From contig OZ244042.1 of assembly GCA_965215015.1 (NCBI GenBank), forward strand, positions 3,744,001 to 3,808,000: DNA of 64,000 bases, given 5' to 3'. The position numbers and the translations under genes are program-made. The notes beneath the pieces are model-generated. The model ran no database searches. It saw only the letters and a list, made by a program, of their open reading frames with translations, and was not told where the DNA came from. This document shows, in pieces, positions 42,465-53,368 of this stretch. Positions within the stretch are counted from its first letter, which is position 1, and the number at the start of each line of letters is the position of its first letter. This DNA comes from Candidatus Poribacteria bacterium (GTDB lineage: Bacteria; Poribacteria; WGA-4E; PCPOR2b).

Positions 42465-43331
42465 ATGTCCCAACAACCTATGCGTGGTATGTTTCCGGTC
42501 CTGATTACGCCTTTTGACGAACAGGATTGTATTGATGAAGATAGCTTGAGGAGCGTCGTCGAGTATAACATCAACGCCGGCGTCCACGGTGTGGTGATAG
42601 CGTTCGCCACAGAGATTATGAAGCTCACCGAGGCGGAACGCTTGCAGGTTGCCCAAGTGGTTGTCGATCAGACGCGCGGCAGGGTGCCGGTCGTTGTGAA
42701 CACCGGCGCGGTGTCAACTGCTGCAACTGTGCAATATAGCCGGCAAACCGAAAATCTCGGAGTGACAGCGGTGATGTGCACTCCACCGGCAGCAGATGTG
42801 CCGGTGGTCGAAAAAAAGGCATACTTCAAGGCGATATCGGATGCTGTGAGTGTCCCGATTTTTGTTCAGGAGGCAGGCACATCGCTCGGCGGGGCCCTGC
42901 TGCGAGAGATTGCTGAGGAGTGCGAGGGGGTACGTTATGCCAAAGTTGAGAACGCACCCCCAGCGCAGAGGGTCTACGAGGCGGTCCAACATGGTGGCGA
43001 TCTGGTCACAGTCTTCGGGGGTGCGAGTGGATCTTACCTGATTGAGGAGCTACGCCGCGGTTCACAAGGCACGATGCCTTGGCCCAGTCGTCCGCACTCC
43101 TTCGTTCAGGTCTGGGATCACTGGCAGTCCGGCGACGAGACCGCGGCCCGCGAGGTGTGGGAACGGGAGATTGATCCGATTCTGCGGGTGGGCGGGCTTG
43201 TCCACAAGGAGATTCTCTACCGGGCAGGTGTTATCAAATCCCCTCGCTGGCGTTCTCCTTCACCTGCCCCACTCGATGAGATGGGTCAATGGGAATTGGA
43301 TGAGGTTTGTGAACGGTTAGGGATTGGCTGA
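42465..43331 (+). CDS. Dihydrodipicolinate synthase-family aldolase
   Basis: TPFD..IDE, GRVPVVV, YAKVE; GGAGG RBS. Confidence 0.88.
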   Translation: MSQQPMRGMFPVLITPFDEQDCIDEDSLRSVVEYNINAGVHGVVIAFATEIMKLTEAERLQVAQVVVDQTRGRVPVVVNTGAVSTAATVQYSRQTENLGVTAVMCTPPAADVPVVEKKAYFKAISDAVSVPIFVQEAGTSLGGALLREIAEECEGVRYAKVENAPPAQRVYEAVQHGGDLVTVFGGASGSYLIEELRRGSQGTMPWPSRPHSFVQVWDHWQSGDETAAREVWEREIDPILRVGGLVHKEILYRAGVIKSPRWRSPSPAPLDEMGQWELDEVCERLGIG

Positions 43332-43632
43332 TACGCTTCAACGATTCCTATCACTATGTGTCACCAGAAGTTCGCGCAGCGATGGCCGAAGCTGAGCAGC
43401 ACATCTGGGGGCTTGAGGCTGGAGGTCCACCGAATATACACTTCAGAGACATGGGTGATGAACAGATTGCTGCGCTGACGCCTGAAGAAAAGGCAGGGCT
43501 CAACATTACACCGTTTTAGGCTTGTTGTCTCATCTGTCAAATGATTGGGAAAATTCTGCAATTCCCGCAGAATTTGTCATGATGTTCGGGCCCCAGCAAC
43601 ACCTAACCTCAGCCAAGGAAGGTTTATCCCTA

Positions 43633-44328
43633 ATGAGCCAAATCCAATCACCGCAATTAATTGAAGCACTGCAACAGTATGATAGCCCAACGGTTGCCAA
43701 TGCAATTGAACATTTTGAAGTGCGCGACCCGACTACGGGCTATGCCCACAATGAATTGATCTGCCAAATGCCTGAAATCGCCACACCGATGGTTGGCTAC
43801 GCCCTCACAGCGACAGCTGATACCACGACACCCGGCGACACAAGAACTTCACGTGTCGATAGTCTGGTGGAGGCGATTGAGGCCGCACCGAAGCCATCGG
43901 TACTCGCTGTCCAACACGTTGGGCATGACCGCAAGCGATGCTGCCTGTTCGGCGATATGTTCTGTACGATTGCACATAAACTGGGGTGTGTGGGATTTGT
44001 TACTGATGCCAACGGGCGTGACCGAAGTGCTATCCGTCAACGCACGCCGGATTTTCATGTTTTTTCGACTGGGTGGGTCGTCTCACACGGTTATGGTGTG
44101 TACCTCGACTTCAACGTGACAGTATCTGTTTGTGGTTTGACCATTTCACCGGGCGATTTGCTGCACGGCGATGAAAGCGGTCTAGTCTCGATCCCAATTG
44201 ACATCGCTGCGGATGTGGTGAAACGGGCGGAGGCGGTTCGTGAAGAGGAAGCGGAGTATTTTGATTTCCTAGAGAGCAATCGTTTCAACATGGGAGAACT
44301 GAAGCACCGCATCATCCCCCACAAGTAA
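43633..44328 (+). CDS. RraA-family (HMG aldolase-like) protein
   Basis: VANAIE, MVGYALT, GRD, PGDLLHGDESG. Confidence 0.88.
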   Translation: MSQIQSPQLIEALQQYDSPTVANAIEHFEVRDPTTGYAHNELICQMPEIATPMVGYALTATADTTTPGDTRTSRVDSLVEAIEAAPKPSVLAVQHVGHDRKRCCLFGDMFCTIAHKLGCVGFVTDANGRDRSAIRQRTPDFHVFSTGWVVSHGYGVYLDFNVTVSVCGLTISPGDLLHGDESGLVSIPIDIAADVVKRAEAVREEEAEYFDFLESNRFNMGELKHRIIPHK

Positions 44329-44352
44329 TTTTCCCCGGACCTAACTATTTTT

Positions 44353-44381
44353 TAGACAATGTTTTTGAAATCATGTATAAT
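44353..44381 (+). promoter_or_regulatory. Putative sigma70 promoter
   Basis: TAGACA-17 bp-TATAAT. Confidence 0.45.
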
Positions 44382-44573
44382 AATCCAAGTTGGCAGTAGT
44401 AGGCATACGCCGTATGCCGTAACTTCAAGAGTACATTAAAAAAAACGCTAAAGCGCGTGGGTGTATTCCTAAGCCCCCCTACTACCCCCTCCCCCCGCAG
44501 GCGGGGAAAGAACCTAAGAACCCCACCCTAACCCTCCCCGCAAGCGGGGAGGGAATAAGAACCCTACATACCC

Positions 44574-45046
44574 ATACGGTATCAGACTGTTCTAGGTTCA
44601 ATGAGCGAGGAATTGACGGACACCCCACCGGGTGTTTAGCAGGGAGGGGCCATTGTTTGTTAGCGGAAGGCTAACCAGCGACGCGCAATGAATTGCGCTA
44701 CTACGAACCAGATTTTCAACATTCATGTTCTTAACAGCTTGAATAAATCAAAGGAATAGAATCTTAGAATCTAAGATAATCTGCCAAAGCCAAGATAATG
44801 CCAAGATAATACGGTATCAGACTGTTCTAGGTTCAATGAGCGAGGCATTGACGGACACCCCACCGGGTGTTTAGCAGGGAGGGGCCATTGTTTGTTAGTG
44901 GAAGGCTAACAAGCGACGCGCAATGAATTGCGCTACTACGAACAAGATTTTCAACATTCATGTTCTTAACAGCTCGAATAAATCAAAGGAATAGAATCTT
45001 AGAATCTAAGATAATCTGCCAAAGCCAAGATAATGCCAAGATAATA
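44574..45046. repeat. Near-perfect 235-bp direct tandem duplication
   Basis: ATACGGTATCAGACTGTTCTAGG...GCCAAGATAAT begins at both 44574 and 44809. Confidence 0.9.
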
Positions 45047-45059
45047 AGGAGACACAATA

Positions 45060-46205
45060 TTGAAAATTACCGATGTCAAGACATTAGTCATGGGCACCAG
45101 CTGGCGAAACCTGACTTTTGTCAAGGTGGAAACTAACGAAGGATTGACTGGTGTCAGTGAGGTACGGATGAACAACCGCACGGACGCACTGGTCGCTTAC
45201 CTCGACGGTGCGAAGAAGCGACACGTTATCGGGAGCGATCCGTTCAATACTGAAGATCTCTACCTGCGGATGTTCCGTAACGATTATGGACGTGCCGGCG
45301 AGATCGCGGCAACAGGGATTAGCGTCGTCGAAATCGCGTGTTGGGACATCATCGGAAAGGCACTCAACCAGCCGGTGTATCGACTACTTGGAGGTGCATG
45401 TCGTGATAAGATGAAGGCATACGCCAACGGTTGGTATAAGGTCGAACGTACCCCCGAGGAATTTCATACCGCTGCCAAACAGGTACTTAAAAAAGACTAC
45501 AAGGCACTCAAATTTGATCCCTTTGGCGCCGGCTATTACGAACTCTCTTACGAAGAAAGACTGAGATCTGTCTCGCTGGTTGAAGCGGTACGCGATTCGG
45601 TGGGGCCCGAGGTAGAAATTTTGATTGAGATGCACGGACGCTTTAGCCCGGGAACCGCTATCCAGATAGCACGCGAATTGGAACCGTTCCAGCCAAGTTG
45701 GGTTGAGGAGCCCGTCCCGCCCGATAATCTCGCGGCATTGGCAAAGGCAGCGGACAGCATTAATATTCCCGTTGCCACCGGCGAACGGCTCCACAATAAG
45801 TTTGAATACCGCGAACTGATCAATCTCCAAGCAGCAGACATCCTCCAGCCTGATATCACACAAACAGGCGGTTTTCTGGAGACGAAGAAAATCGCAGCTA
45901 TTGGGGATATGTGTTATATGCTGGTTGCACCGCACAATGTAGGCGGCCCCGTGTCCACCGCAACGGCGTTGCACTTCTCCGCTTGCACACCTAACTTTAA
46001 GATTCAGGAGCATTTCAATGACTTCTCAGAGGCATGGGTTAAGGAGGCGGCAACCGGTTGCCCCGAAGTAGTTGAGGGCTATTTCAGTTTACCCAATGGT
46101 CCCGGTCTCGGCATGACACTGAACGAGGACCTGATCGCTGACCACCCTTATCGTGAGGGATCATTTAATTTATGGGAGGATGATTGGCATCGTCGTCAAT
46201 ATTGA
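45060..46205 (+). CDS. Mandelate racemase/galactonate dehydratase-like enolase superfamily protein
   Basis: WDIIGK..PVYRLLGG, YANGW, KFDPFG, EEP, GER, QPD, APHN. Confidence 0.9.
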   Translation: MKITDVKTLVMGTSWRNLTFVKVETNEGLTGVSEVRMNNRTDALVAYLDGAKKRHVIGSDPFNTEDLYLRMFRNDYGRAGEIAATGISVVEIACWDIIGKALNQPVYRLLGGACRDKMKAYANGWYKVERTPEEFHTAAKQVLKKDYKALKFDPFGAGYYELSYEERLRSVSLVEAVRDSVGPEVEILIEMHGRFSPGTAIQIARELEPFQPSWVEEPVPPDNLAALAKAADSINIPVATGERLHNKFEYRELINLQAADILQPDITQTGGFLETKKIAAIGDMCYMLVAPHNVGGPVSTATALHFSACTPNFKIQEHFNDFSEAWVKEAATGCPEVVEGYFSLPNGPGLGMTLNEDLIADHPYREGSFNLWEDDWHRRQY

Positions 46206-46361
46206 TACGCGGGACATGATGCGTAATGCGTAAGTTGGTACATTAGTTCATTCATGAACCAATGAACTAATGTACCAATGAACGGTTGAACGATGTGGAA
46301 ACGACAGACTGGCCCACCTGAATTTTGATTCCACCGACTTCCTAATTCTCCCTACCCGGAC

Positions 46362-47276
46362 TTGATGCGTGCGAAAACACTTCACCCAACTAACGAAAGT
46401 TTTATCCCCCCTCGGGTTATCTGCTTTGTCCTTTTTCTAGCGATGCTTTGGGGCGGCAATGCTGTCTCCCTCAAAATTGGGCTTCAAGAATTTTCCCCAT
46501 TTGCCTCAGCAGGGTTTCGTTTTTCGATTGGACTTTTCCTCATCGCGGGTTGGGCTTCGGCTAACGGGATATCGATCAAGCCCCAGCGGCACGAGTACCT
46601 GCGACTTTTTTTGAGTGCCCTCCTATTTATAACGCAAATCGTTGCTCTCAATTGGGGGACTAACTTGACACGCGCGGGCAGAGCCGCTGTCATGACCAAC
46701 ACCTACCCCCTCTTCGTCGCCCTGATTGCACACTTTGTCGTTCCGGGCGATTACATGACCCGTCGGAAGGGACTTGGATTAGCGTTCGCCTTCGGCGGAA
46801 TCTGTTTCGTGTTTCGAGACAACTTCATCGGAGGTACAGGAGAATTTTTAACTGGCGACCTGCTGACACTGCTCGGCGGTTTTTTACTCGGACTCCTTAT
46901 CGTCGTCACCAATCGCCTTATCCAGCATATCAATACCTACCGTGTATTGGTGTCCCAAATGGTCATTGGCGTCCCAATCTTTTTCATCCTGAGTGCAATT
47001 TTTGAAGGTAAAGCGGGATACGGTTTCTCCTATCCTGCACTATTCGCGCTTCTATATCAAGGTGCCGGAATCGCAGGGTTCTGTTTCGTCGCATGGACGC
47101 TCCTGTTAAAAGATTATCCACCCAGCCGCCTCTCCGTCTTCTTTTTTACAACACCGCTCTGGGGAATCTTACTGAGCAACCTTCTTATCGGTGAGCCGAT
47201 TACCGTTGGGCTCACTATCGGGGCAGTGTTGGTTGCACTTGGTATTTACACCATTAATCGTTCCCCAAGTGCGTAG
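46362..47276 (+). CDS. EamA/DMT family transporter
   Basis: About 10 TM; LWGGN..KIGL, AGFRF, GEPIT..GAVLV. Confidence 0.9.
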   Translation: MMRAKTLHPTNESFIPPRVICFVLFLAMLWGGNAVSLKIGLQEFSPFASAGFRFSIGLFLIAGWASANGISIKPQRHEYLRLFLSALLFITQIVALNWGTNLTRAGRAAVMTNTYPLFVALIAHFVVPGDYMTRRKGLGLAFAFGGICFVFRDNFIGGTGEFLTGDLLTLLGGFLLGLLIVVTNRLIQHINTYRVLVSQMVIGVPIFFILSAIFEGKAGYGFSYPALFALLYQGAGIAGFCFVAWTLLLKDYPPSRLSVFFFTTPLWGILLSNLLIGEPITVGLTIGAVLVALGIYTINRSPSA

Positions 47277-47977
47277 GCGGCACGCCCCACCGTGCCGTAA
47301 CTGATTGGGTTGGGACTCCCGTAGGTCAAGATTTATATCTCGACAAAATACCGGGTGTGTCGCGCAACAATCCTGGTTGATTGAAAATTGGTAAACAACG
47401 CGCAATAAATTGCGCTACTACGAACCCAGAGGGGCAATCTAACTATCGGTTAACAGCGACGCGCAATGAGTTGCGCGACTATGAACCGTTACTACGAACT
47501 GAATTAAAGGAATTTGCAAGCGGGGGCGTCTACCCTCTCATCTGAATCAGGATTAAAGGATTCTCAGGATTTTCAGGATTAACCGCTTGAACCCCTTAAA
47601 TCCTTCTGAATTAAGGGAATTGGCAAGCGGAGGGGGGCGCAAGCGGGGGAAGGGGGATGGCAGGCGGCGTGTGCCTACTACTTTGGGTTGAACTGTCGCC
47701 GCCCGATGAATCGCCGAGGATACCCTGACTCCAGTGAAATAGAATACCCGACACGGTTGTGCTCCACGATTGGCTCAATCTGCGCGGAACATTCCGCGCC
47801 CTGTACCCCCCTCTAATCCCCCCGCAAGCGGGGGGAAGAATTGCACAATATAGACTCTCGGAACAAAACTTGGTAGAAGTAAAGGAACCAAGCGGACGAG
47901 GGAAGAATTGTACAATATAGATTCTCGGAACGGAGATGTGTTCAATTGGTGTTCAATTGGTCGGATGGTAATAGCAT

Positions 47978-48514
47978 CTATTTGGACTCTGAAAAATAAA
48001 ATGATGGGTATGGAAATGGTGTGATTTGCAGGTTGAAATGTTTTTTTACATCTAGTGTATTAGAGAAGATGCGGACAAATGTCCAGCCCGAATGTTGGAC
48101 GACAAAGAAGATACGTTTGCCGTTGTGCGTGTTAAGCGTGTATATGGGCCTCCCCTCAATCCAACTATAATTGGGTAACTCGCGATAGCCTAACGCATAA
48201 ATCGCCTCGTGTGGAGTGAGCCGTCTATTGGCATAGAACGAGAGCATAACCACTTTGTCGTTCAGAATGCCTGTGGTTAATCCTCTGAATCGATATTTAT
48301 CTCCAAAATCGTAAGTGGGTGTTTTGTTCTCTATCGTTTTCCGCGCTTCTCCCAATATAGGTTCGATATTGTCATGAAAGGTTAAGAAGTTTTCGCCAAT
48401 CAAGCGATCGATCCCGTTCATCTGTTCAGGTGTCAGGTCAAGCTGAGGTATGGGGGTAGCACACCCGGATAGCAAAAGTAACAGGCACACAATACAGACA
48501 AAGCGCAGCAGCAT
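47978..48514 (-). CDS. Putative lipoprotein
   Basis: Lipobox LLLSGC after a hydrophobic signal; AAAGGA RBS. Confidence 0.65.
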   Translation of the reverse strand: MLLRFVCIVCLLLLLSGCATPIPQLDLTPEQMNGIDRLIGENFLTFHDNIEPILGEARKTIENKTPTYDFGDKYRFRGLTTGILNDKVVMLSFYANRRLTPHEAIYALGYRELPNYSWIEGRPIYTLNTHNGKRIFFVVQHSGWTFVRIFSNTLDVKKHFNLQITPFPYPSFYFSESK

Positions 48515-48832
48515 AATTGACCATCCTTTTCACCCTAAGAACCCCACCCTATCACCCTAAGAACCCCACCCTAACCCTCCCCGCAAGCGGGGAGGGAATG
48601 AGAATCCTACATACCCATACGGTATCAGACCGTTCTGTATTCATCTAACGTTGAGCGGCAGGTTCACCGGTGCTGAATCGCCGAGGATAGTATGACTCTC
48701 GTGCCAGAGCCTCCGGACACGGTTGGGTCACACAATCGGTTCAAGTCGCCCGGAAGGTTGCGCGATAGTCCGGGTATTTATAACCTCTGAATTATACTGT
48801 AAACATGAAACTTGATTCACTGCTCACAGGAA

Positions 48833-50320
48833 TCATGAGACCCAATCGCGCACGAATTGCACCAGCAGCCGCACACCGAAACCGGTACCGCCCTTGCTAG
48901 GAATATATGACGAGCCTTTGACATCCCATGCCGTGCCGGCGATGTCGAGATGCACCCAAGGATAGCCCTCCGCAAATTTCTTCAGGACCGCCCCACCGAC
49001 GATGGTCCCCGCCGTTGCGTCGCCAATATTTTTCACGTCAGCCACATCGCTTTTGATTAGCTCATCGTAATCGTCCCACAAGGGGAGCTCCCACACCCGT
49101 TCATGCGTTTTCTCTGCCGCGGATCTGACTTTATCCATCAAAGCCTCATCCGTACCCATCATCCCGCAAGCAACGGTTCCCAAAGCGGTGATGACAGCCC
49201 CGGTCAGGGTAGCCAGATCTATCGCTGCCTTCGGGTTATAGTGGGCAGCATAGCCTAACGCATCCGCCAACACCAGTCGCCCTTCCGCGTCCGTATTGAG
49301 GATCTCAATTGTTTTTCCGCCATAGGTTTCGACAACATCTCCCGGCCGCTGGGCGGTGGCACTCGGCATGTTTTCGCTCGCCGCGATTAGCCCAACGACA
49401 TGGAGGTCCGGTTTCAGATGACCGACCACCTGCATCGCGCCAAGCACCGCCGCTGCGCCGGACATATCGTGCTTCATGTCCATCATACCGGAGCCTGATT
49501 TGAGGGATAGCCCCCCGCTATCGAAGGTGATGCCCTTTCCAACAAACGCGACGGTGTCCTTGCCTTCACCGGTGGGGATATGCTCCAAGATGATAAATCG
49601 TGGCTCTTCGACGCTTCCCTGAGACACACCGAGTAAGGTGCGAAACCCTTTCTCTTTCAGTTGCGCTTGGTCAAAAACTTCGCATTTCAGTCCGACCTCA
49701 TCTGCGATCGCAACCGACTTGTCAGCGAACATCGTTGGCGTCAAGTGGTTCGGCGGCTGATTGCTTAGGTCGCGTGCGAGGTTTGTCCCTTTCGCAATTG
49801 CGTCCCCGATGGCAACATCCCCCTCGACCATCGCCTGGCTCGCTTCGTCCGCAACAAGAACGGTGATCGAGTCAAGCCCCTTAACTTTGTCGAGCCCCTC
49901 CGTTTTGTGCTGATTGAATTGATAGAGCGCGAGTCGACTCACTTCAGCGAGTGCCTGTGCTATCTCTTGTGGAGTTTCGGGTGGCAACGGAATCGCGACA
50001 GTTTTTAGTCCCAGATCCCGAAGTTCTTGGACCACTTTGCCCGCCGCCTGACGCACCTTCTCTGGAGCAAAATCTTCGTTTTTTCCCAGGCCGACCAGCC
50101 CAATCCGTGGGGCGGTGATTGCTCCTCTGGTGTAGAGCAGAGCGGTCTGTTTGTGTTCACCTTTGAAGTCGCCGGCCTCAATCAGTTCGGTGATTGCGCC
50201 ATTGGTCGCCGCATCGGCGGCTTGCGCTACGCTGGCGAGGGGTTCCCCTTCAAATACCCCGAATACAACGGCATCGGCGGTTTCTGTTCTGAAATCTCCG
50301 ACTTTGACGTTAATTTGCAT
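48833..50320 (-). CDS. pepA: Leucyl aminopeptidase (M17)
   Basis: VGKGITFDSGG, MKHDMSGAA, NTDAEGRLVLAD, WVHLDIAG. Confidence 0.95.
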   Translation of the reverse strand: MQINVKVGDFRTETADAVVFGVFEGEPLASVAQAADAATNGAITELIEAGDFKGEHKQTALLYTRGAITAPRIGLVGLGKNEDFAPEKVRQAAGKVVQELRDLGLKTVAIPLPPETPQEIAQALAEVSRLALYQFNQHKTEGLDKVKGLDSITVLVADEASQAMVEGDVAIGDAIAKGTNLARDLSNQPPNHLTPTMFADKSVAIADEVGLKCEVFDQAQLKEKGFRTLLGVSQGSVEEPRFIILEHIPTGEGKDTVAFVGKGITFDSGGLSLKSGSGMMDMKHDMSGAAAVLGAMQVVGHLKPDLHVVGLIAASENMPSATAQRPGDVVETYGGKTIEILNTDAEGRLVLADALGYAAHYNPKAAIDLATLTGAVITALGTVACGMMGTDEALMDKVRSAAEKTHERVWELPLWDDYDELIKSDVADVKNIGDATAGTIVGGAVLKKFAEGYPWVHLDIAGTAWDVKGSSYIPSKGGTGFGVRLLVQFVRDWVS

Positions 50321-50349
50321 CCTATGATTTCCTTTCAGTTGTTGGTTCA

Positions 50350-50829
50350 TTAATATCTTTCGCGGATTGTTTCGATAAGATCGGTGGTCGATTTGCCCGG
50401 CACGTTCAAACCAACGATTACTTGGCCTCCGTTCGATTCGACGGCCTCCCGCTCTATGACCTGCTCAATCGTGTAATCGCCGCCCTTGACATGGATGTTT
50501 GGCTTGATGGCGGATAATAGGTCGATCGGATCGAGTTCGGGGAAAACGGTGACGTAATTAACACATGCAAGCCCGGCGAGCATTTCGGCGCGTTCCTCCG
50601 CGGGGACGAGGGGACGGTTCTCCCCTTTGAGGACGCGCACTGAGTCATCGCTGTTGACGCCGACAACGAGGAGGTCACCGAGCGACTGTGCAGCTTGTAA
50701 GTAACGCAGATGACCGACATGCAGCACATCAAAACAACCGTTGGTCGTCACGACGATTTTGCTGTCCGCTTTCGCTTGATGGACAATTTCGACTAGTTGA
50801 TTGCGAGGATAGATCTTTTTGTTTGGCAT
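50350..50829 (-). CDS. rfaE2: D-glycero-beta-D-manno-heptose 1-phosphate adenylyltransferase
   Basis: TNGCFDVLHVGH, GVNSDDSV, KGGDY, STT. Confidence 0.92.
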   Translation of the reverse strand: MPNKKIYPRNQLVEIVHQAKADSKIVVTTNGCFDVLHVGHLRYLQAAQSLGDLLVVGVNSDDSVRVLKGENRPLVPAEERAEMLAGLACVNYVTVFPELDPIDLLSAIKPNIHVKGGDYTIEQVIEREAVESNGGQVIVGLNVPGKSTTDLIETIRERY

Positions 50830-50916
50830 GGCTCGTAACCCGTAAGTTGGTAATGGGTGAGAGGGTAAAGGTGCTCGATTAGGGCGTGTTGACATTTTGC
50901 TGTCGTCTTTTTTCCC

Positions 50917-51315
50917 TTAGTTAAAGAAAGCATTCCATAGTAACAGCGCGATCACAAGAACTGCGGTTCCCCCGGCTATCACAATATACCATTTCACCGT
51001 AGACGTGAATCGATCTACTGTGTTTTCAAGTCGATCCATCGATTCTTTCATGGAATCATTGAAATCGGAGATATCCTCCCGTAATCCTGAAAATTCGCTA
51101 TCTATTTTTGATTGCATCGTCCCCAGTTCGTGGGAAACTTTCGATTCCATTTCCAGCAGCTGATGCTCAAGTGGGCTATCGATCACCTTCACATTTGCCG
51201 AATCTGGCTCGCGCTGCGTTTCGATTGGCTGCGATGGCGTACGATCTGGCAGCTGTGAAGTCGGTTCGTCAGACCTCTCATCGGTTTGGGGGTTGGATTG
51301 GTTTTGTGTGTCCAT
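50917..51315 (-). CDS. Hypothetical coiled-coil protein with C-terminal TM anchor
   Basis: GGGAG RBS before MDTQ; heptad region then WYIVIAGGTAVLVIALLL; an in-frame upstream ATG also exists at 51489. Confidence 0.65.
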   Translation of the reverse strand: MDTQNQSNPQTDERSDEPTSQLPDRTPSQPIETQREPDSANVKVIDSPLEHQLLEMESKVSHELGTMQSKIDSEFSGLREDISDFNDSMKESMDRLENTVDRFTSTVKWYIVIAGGTAVLVIALLLWNAFFN

Positions 51316-51994
51316 GATTTTTTCTCCCACGATGGTTGTTTGTTCGTTATCAGAATCGCGAATCCATTGGATTAAAGGAGACTCGGGATTTTGGAACGCA
51401 TCTTTTGTTATTCCTATATCGCTTCCGCTAACTATCCTCGTGATGTAACGAATTGACGCGCAATGAATTGCGCTACTACGAACGGCCATTCATTTAATTC
51501 CCCTCGTGATGTAACCCCTGGCACCGCAGGCGGATGCTTGTCTGAATCAGGATATTCAGGATTGAAGGATTCATAGGATGGGCTGCTGCATCAAAGAGCT
51601 CCTTATTGAGCGTGAAGCTCGAAAATTTGGTCGGGAAGTTACCGGCTGTCAACTGATGGAGCACATTTTTGCCCGGAATGTTGAAGGTGAAGAAGTTCCG
51701 ATTTAGACAGTATAGAACATTACAAGAAGGCATGTCAAGGATTGAGCGAGGGGTATCGGCTTACAGATACATCAATAGTATACAATTGTCAGCATCTGGC
51801 TTCATCAGATTGTCTGAATCAGGATATTCAGGATTGAAGGATTCATAGGATGGTCTCATGTTAAAAAATGATGCAAAGAGACCGAGGAAGGATACCAAGA
51901 CCTATCGGGCTCAATCCGCCCAGAACATTGCGCGTCCGTTTCTGAGGTGGCGTTGAGCGTTCAATGGCGGGCCTCCTAATTTTTAGATACTGCT

Positions 51995-53368
51995 GTTTGT
52001 ATCCTATTTATCCCTCCATCCTGGAAATCCTGATTCAGGACACGGCTTCAACTAGCCGCGTTATCTAATTCAGACATTTTCCGCACACTCCACTATGGCG
52101 ATTTCTTCAGGGGTGAGACCGTATAAATTGTCAGCATCTGGATTGAGTAGATTCCATGATTCTCAGGATTCTTAGATGCTGCCGTTTGTATCCTGTTTAT
52201 CCTTCCCTCCTGGAAATCCTGATTCAGACATTTTCCGTGCTCTCCACTATGGCGATTTCTTCAGGGTTGAGCCCGTATAAATTGTCAGCATCTGGATTGA
52301 GTAGATTCTATGATTCTCAGGATTCTTAGATGCTGCCGTTTGTATCCTGTTTATCCCTCCCTCCTGGAAATCCTGATTTAGGACACGGCTTCAAATAGCC
52401 GCGTTATCTAATTCAGACATTTTCCGCGCTCTCCACAATAGCGATTTCTTCAGGGTTGAGCCCGTATCAATTGTCAGAATCTGGCTTCAGTAGATTCTAT
52501 GATTCTCAGGATTTTTAGGTGCTGCGGTTTCTATCCTGTTTATCCTTCCATCCTGGAAATCCTGATTCAGACATTTTCCGCGCTCTCCACAATAGCGATT
52601 TCTTCAGGGTTGAGCCCGTATAAATTGCCAGCATCTGGATTCAGCAGATTCTATGATTCTCAGGATTTTTAGATGCTGCGTTTTCTATCCTGTTTATCCT
52701 TCCATCCTGAAAATCCTGATTCATTCATTTTCCGCACACTCCACTATGGCGATTTCTTCAGGGGTGAGCCCGTATAAATTGCCAGCATCTGGATTCAGCA
52801 GATTCTACGATTCTCAGGATTTTTAGATGCTGCGGTTTGTATCCTGTTTATCCCTCCATCCTGAAAATCCTGATTCAGACATTTTCCGCGCTCTCCACTA
52901 TGGCGATTTCTTCAGGGGTGAGCCCGTATAAATTGCCAGCATCTGGATTCAGCAGATTCTACGATTCTCAGGATTTTTAGATGCTGCGTTTTCTATCCTG
53001 TCTATCCATCCTGGAAATCCTGATTCAGGACACGGCTTCAACTAGCCGCGTTATCTAATTCATTCATTTTCCGCGCTCTCCACAATAGCGATTTCTTCAG
53101 GGGTGAGCCCGTATAAATTGTCAGCATCTGGATTCATCAGATTCTATGATTCTCAGGATTCTTAGATGCTGCGGTTTCTATCCTGTTTATCCTTCCATCC
53201 TGGAAATCCTGATTCATCCATTTTCCGCGCTCTCCACTATGGCGATTTCTTCAGGGTTGAGCCCGTATACAATTGTCAGCATCTGGATTCACCGGATTCT
53301 ATGATTCTCAGGATTTTTAGATGCTGCGGTTTGTATCCTGTTTATCCCTCCATCCTGGAAATCCTGAT
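51995..53368 (-). repeat. Array of 8 units (154 bp, two of 185-189 bp): imperfect hairpin plus a copy of the last 19 codons of the upstream MTase gene
   Basis: Tail copies (LYGL[T/N]PEEIAIVE[S/C][A/T]EN[V/E/G]*) near 52069, 52223, 52412, 52566, 52720, 52874, 53059, 53213. Confidence 0.92.

Noticed and set aside
47833-47931. Two 32-bp direct repeats (GGGAAGAATTG.ACAATATAGA.TCTCGGAAC) with a 35-bp spacer, CRISPR-like in size
   Set aside because: Only two imperfect copies, no cas genes or leader, inside a repeat-rich gap
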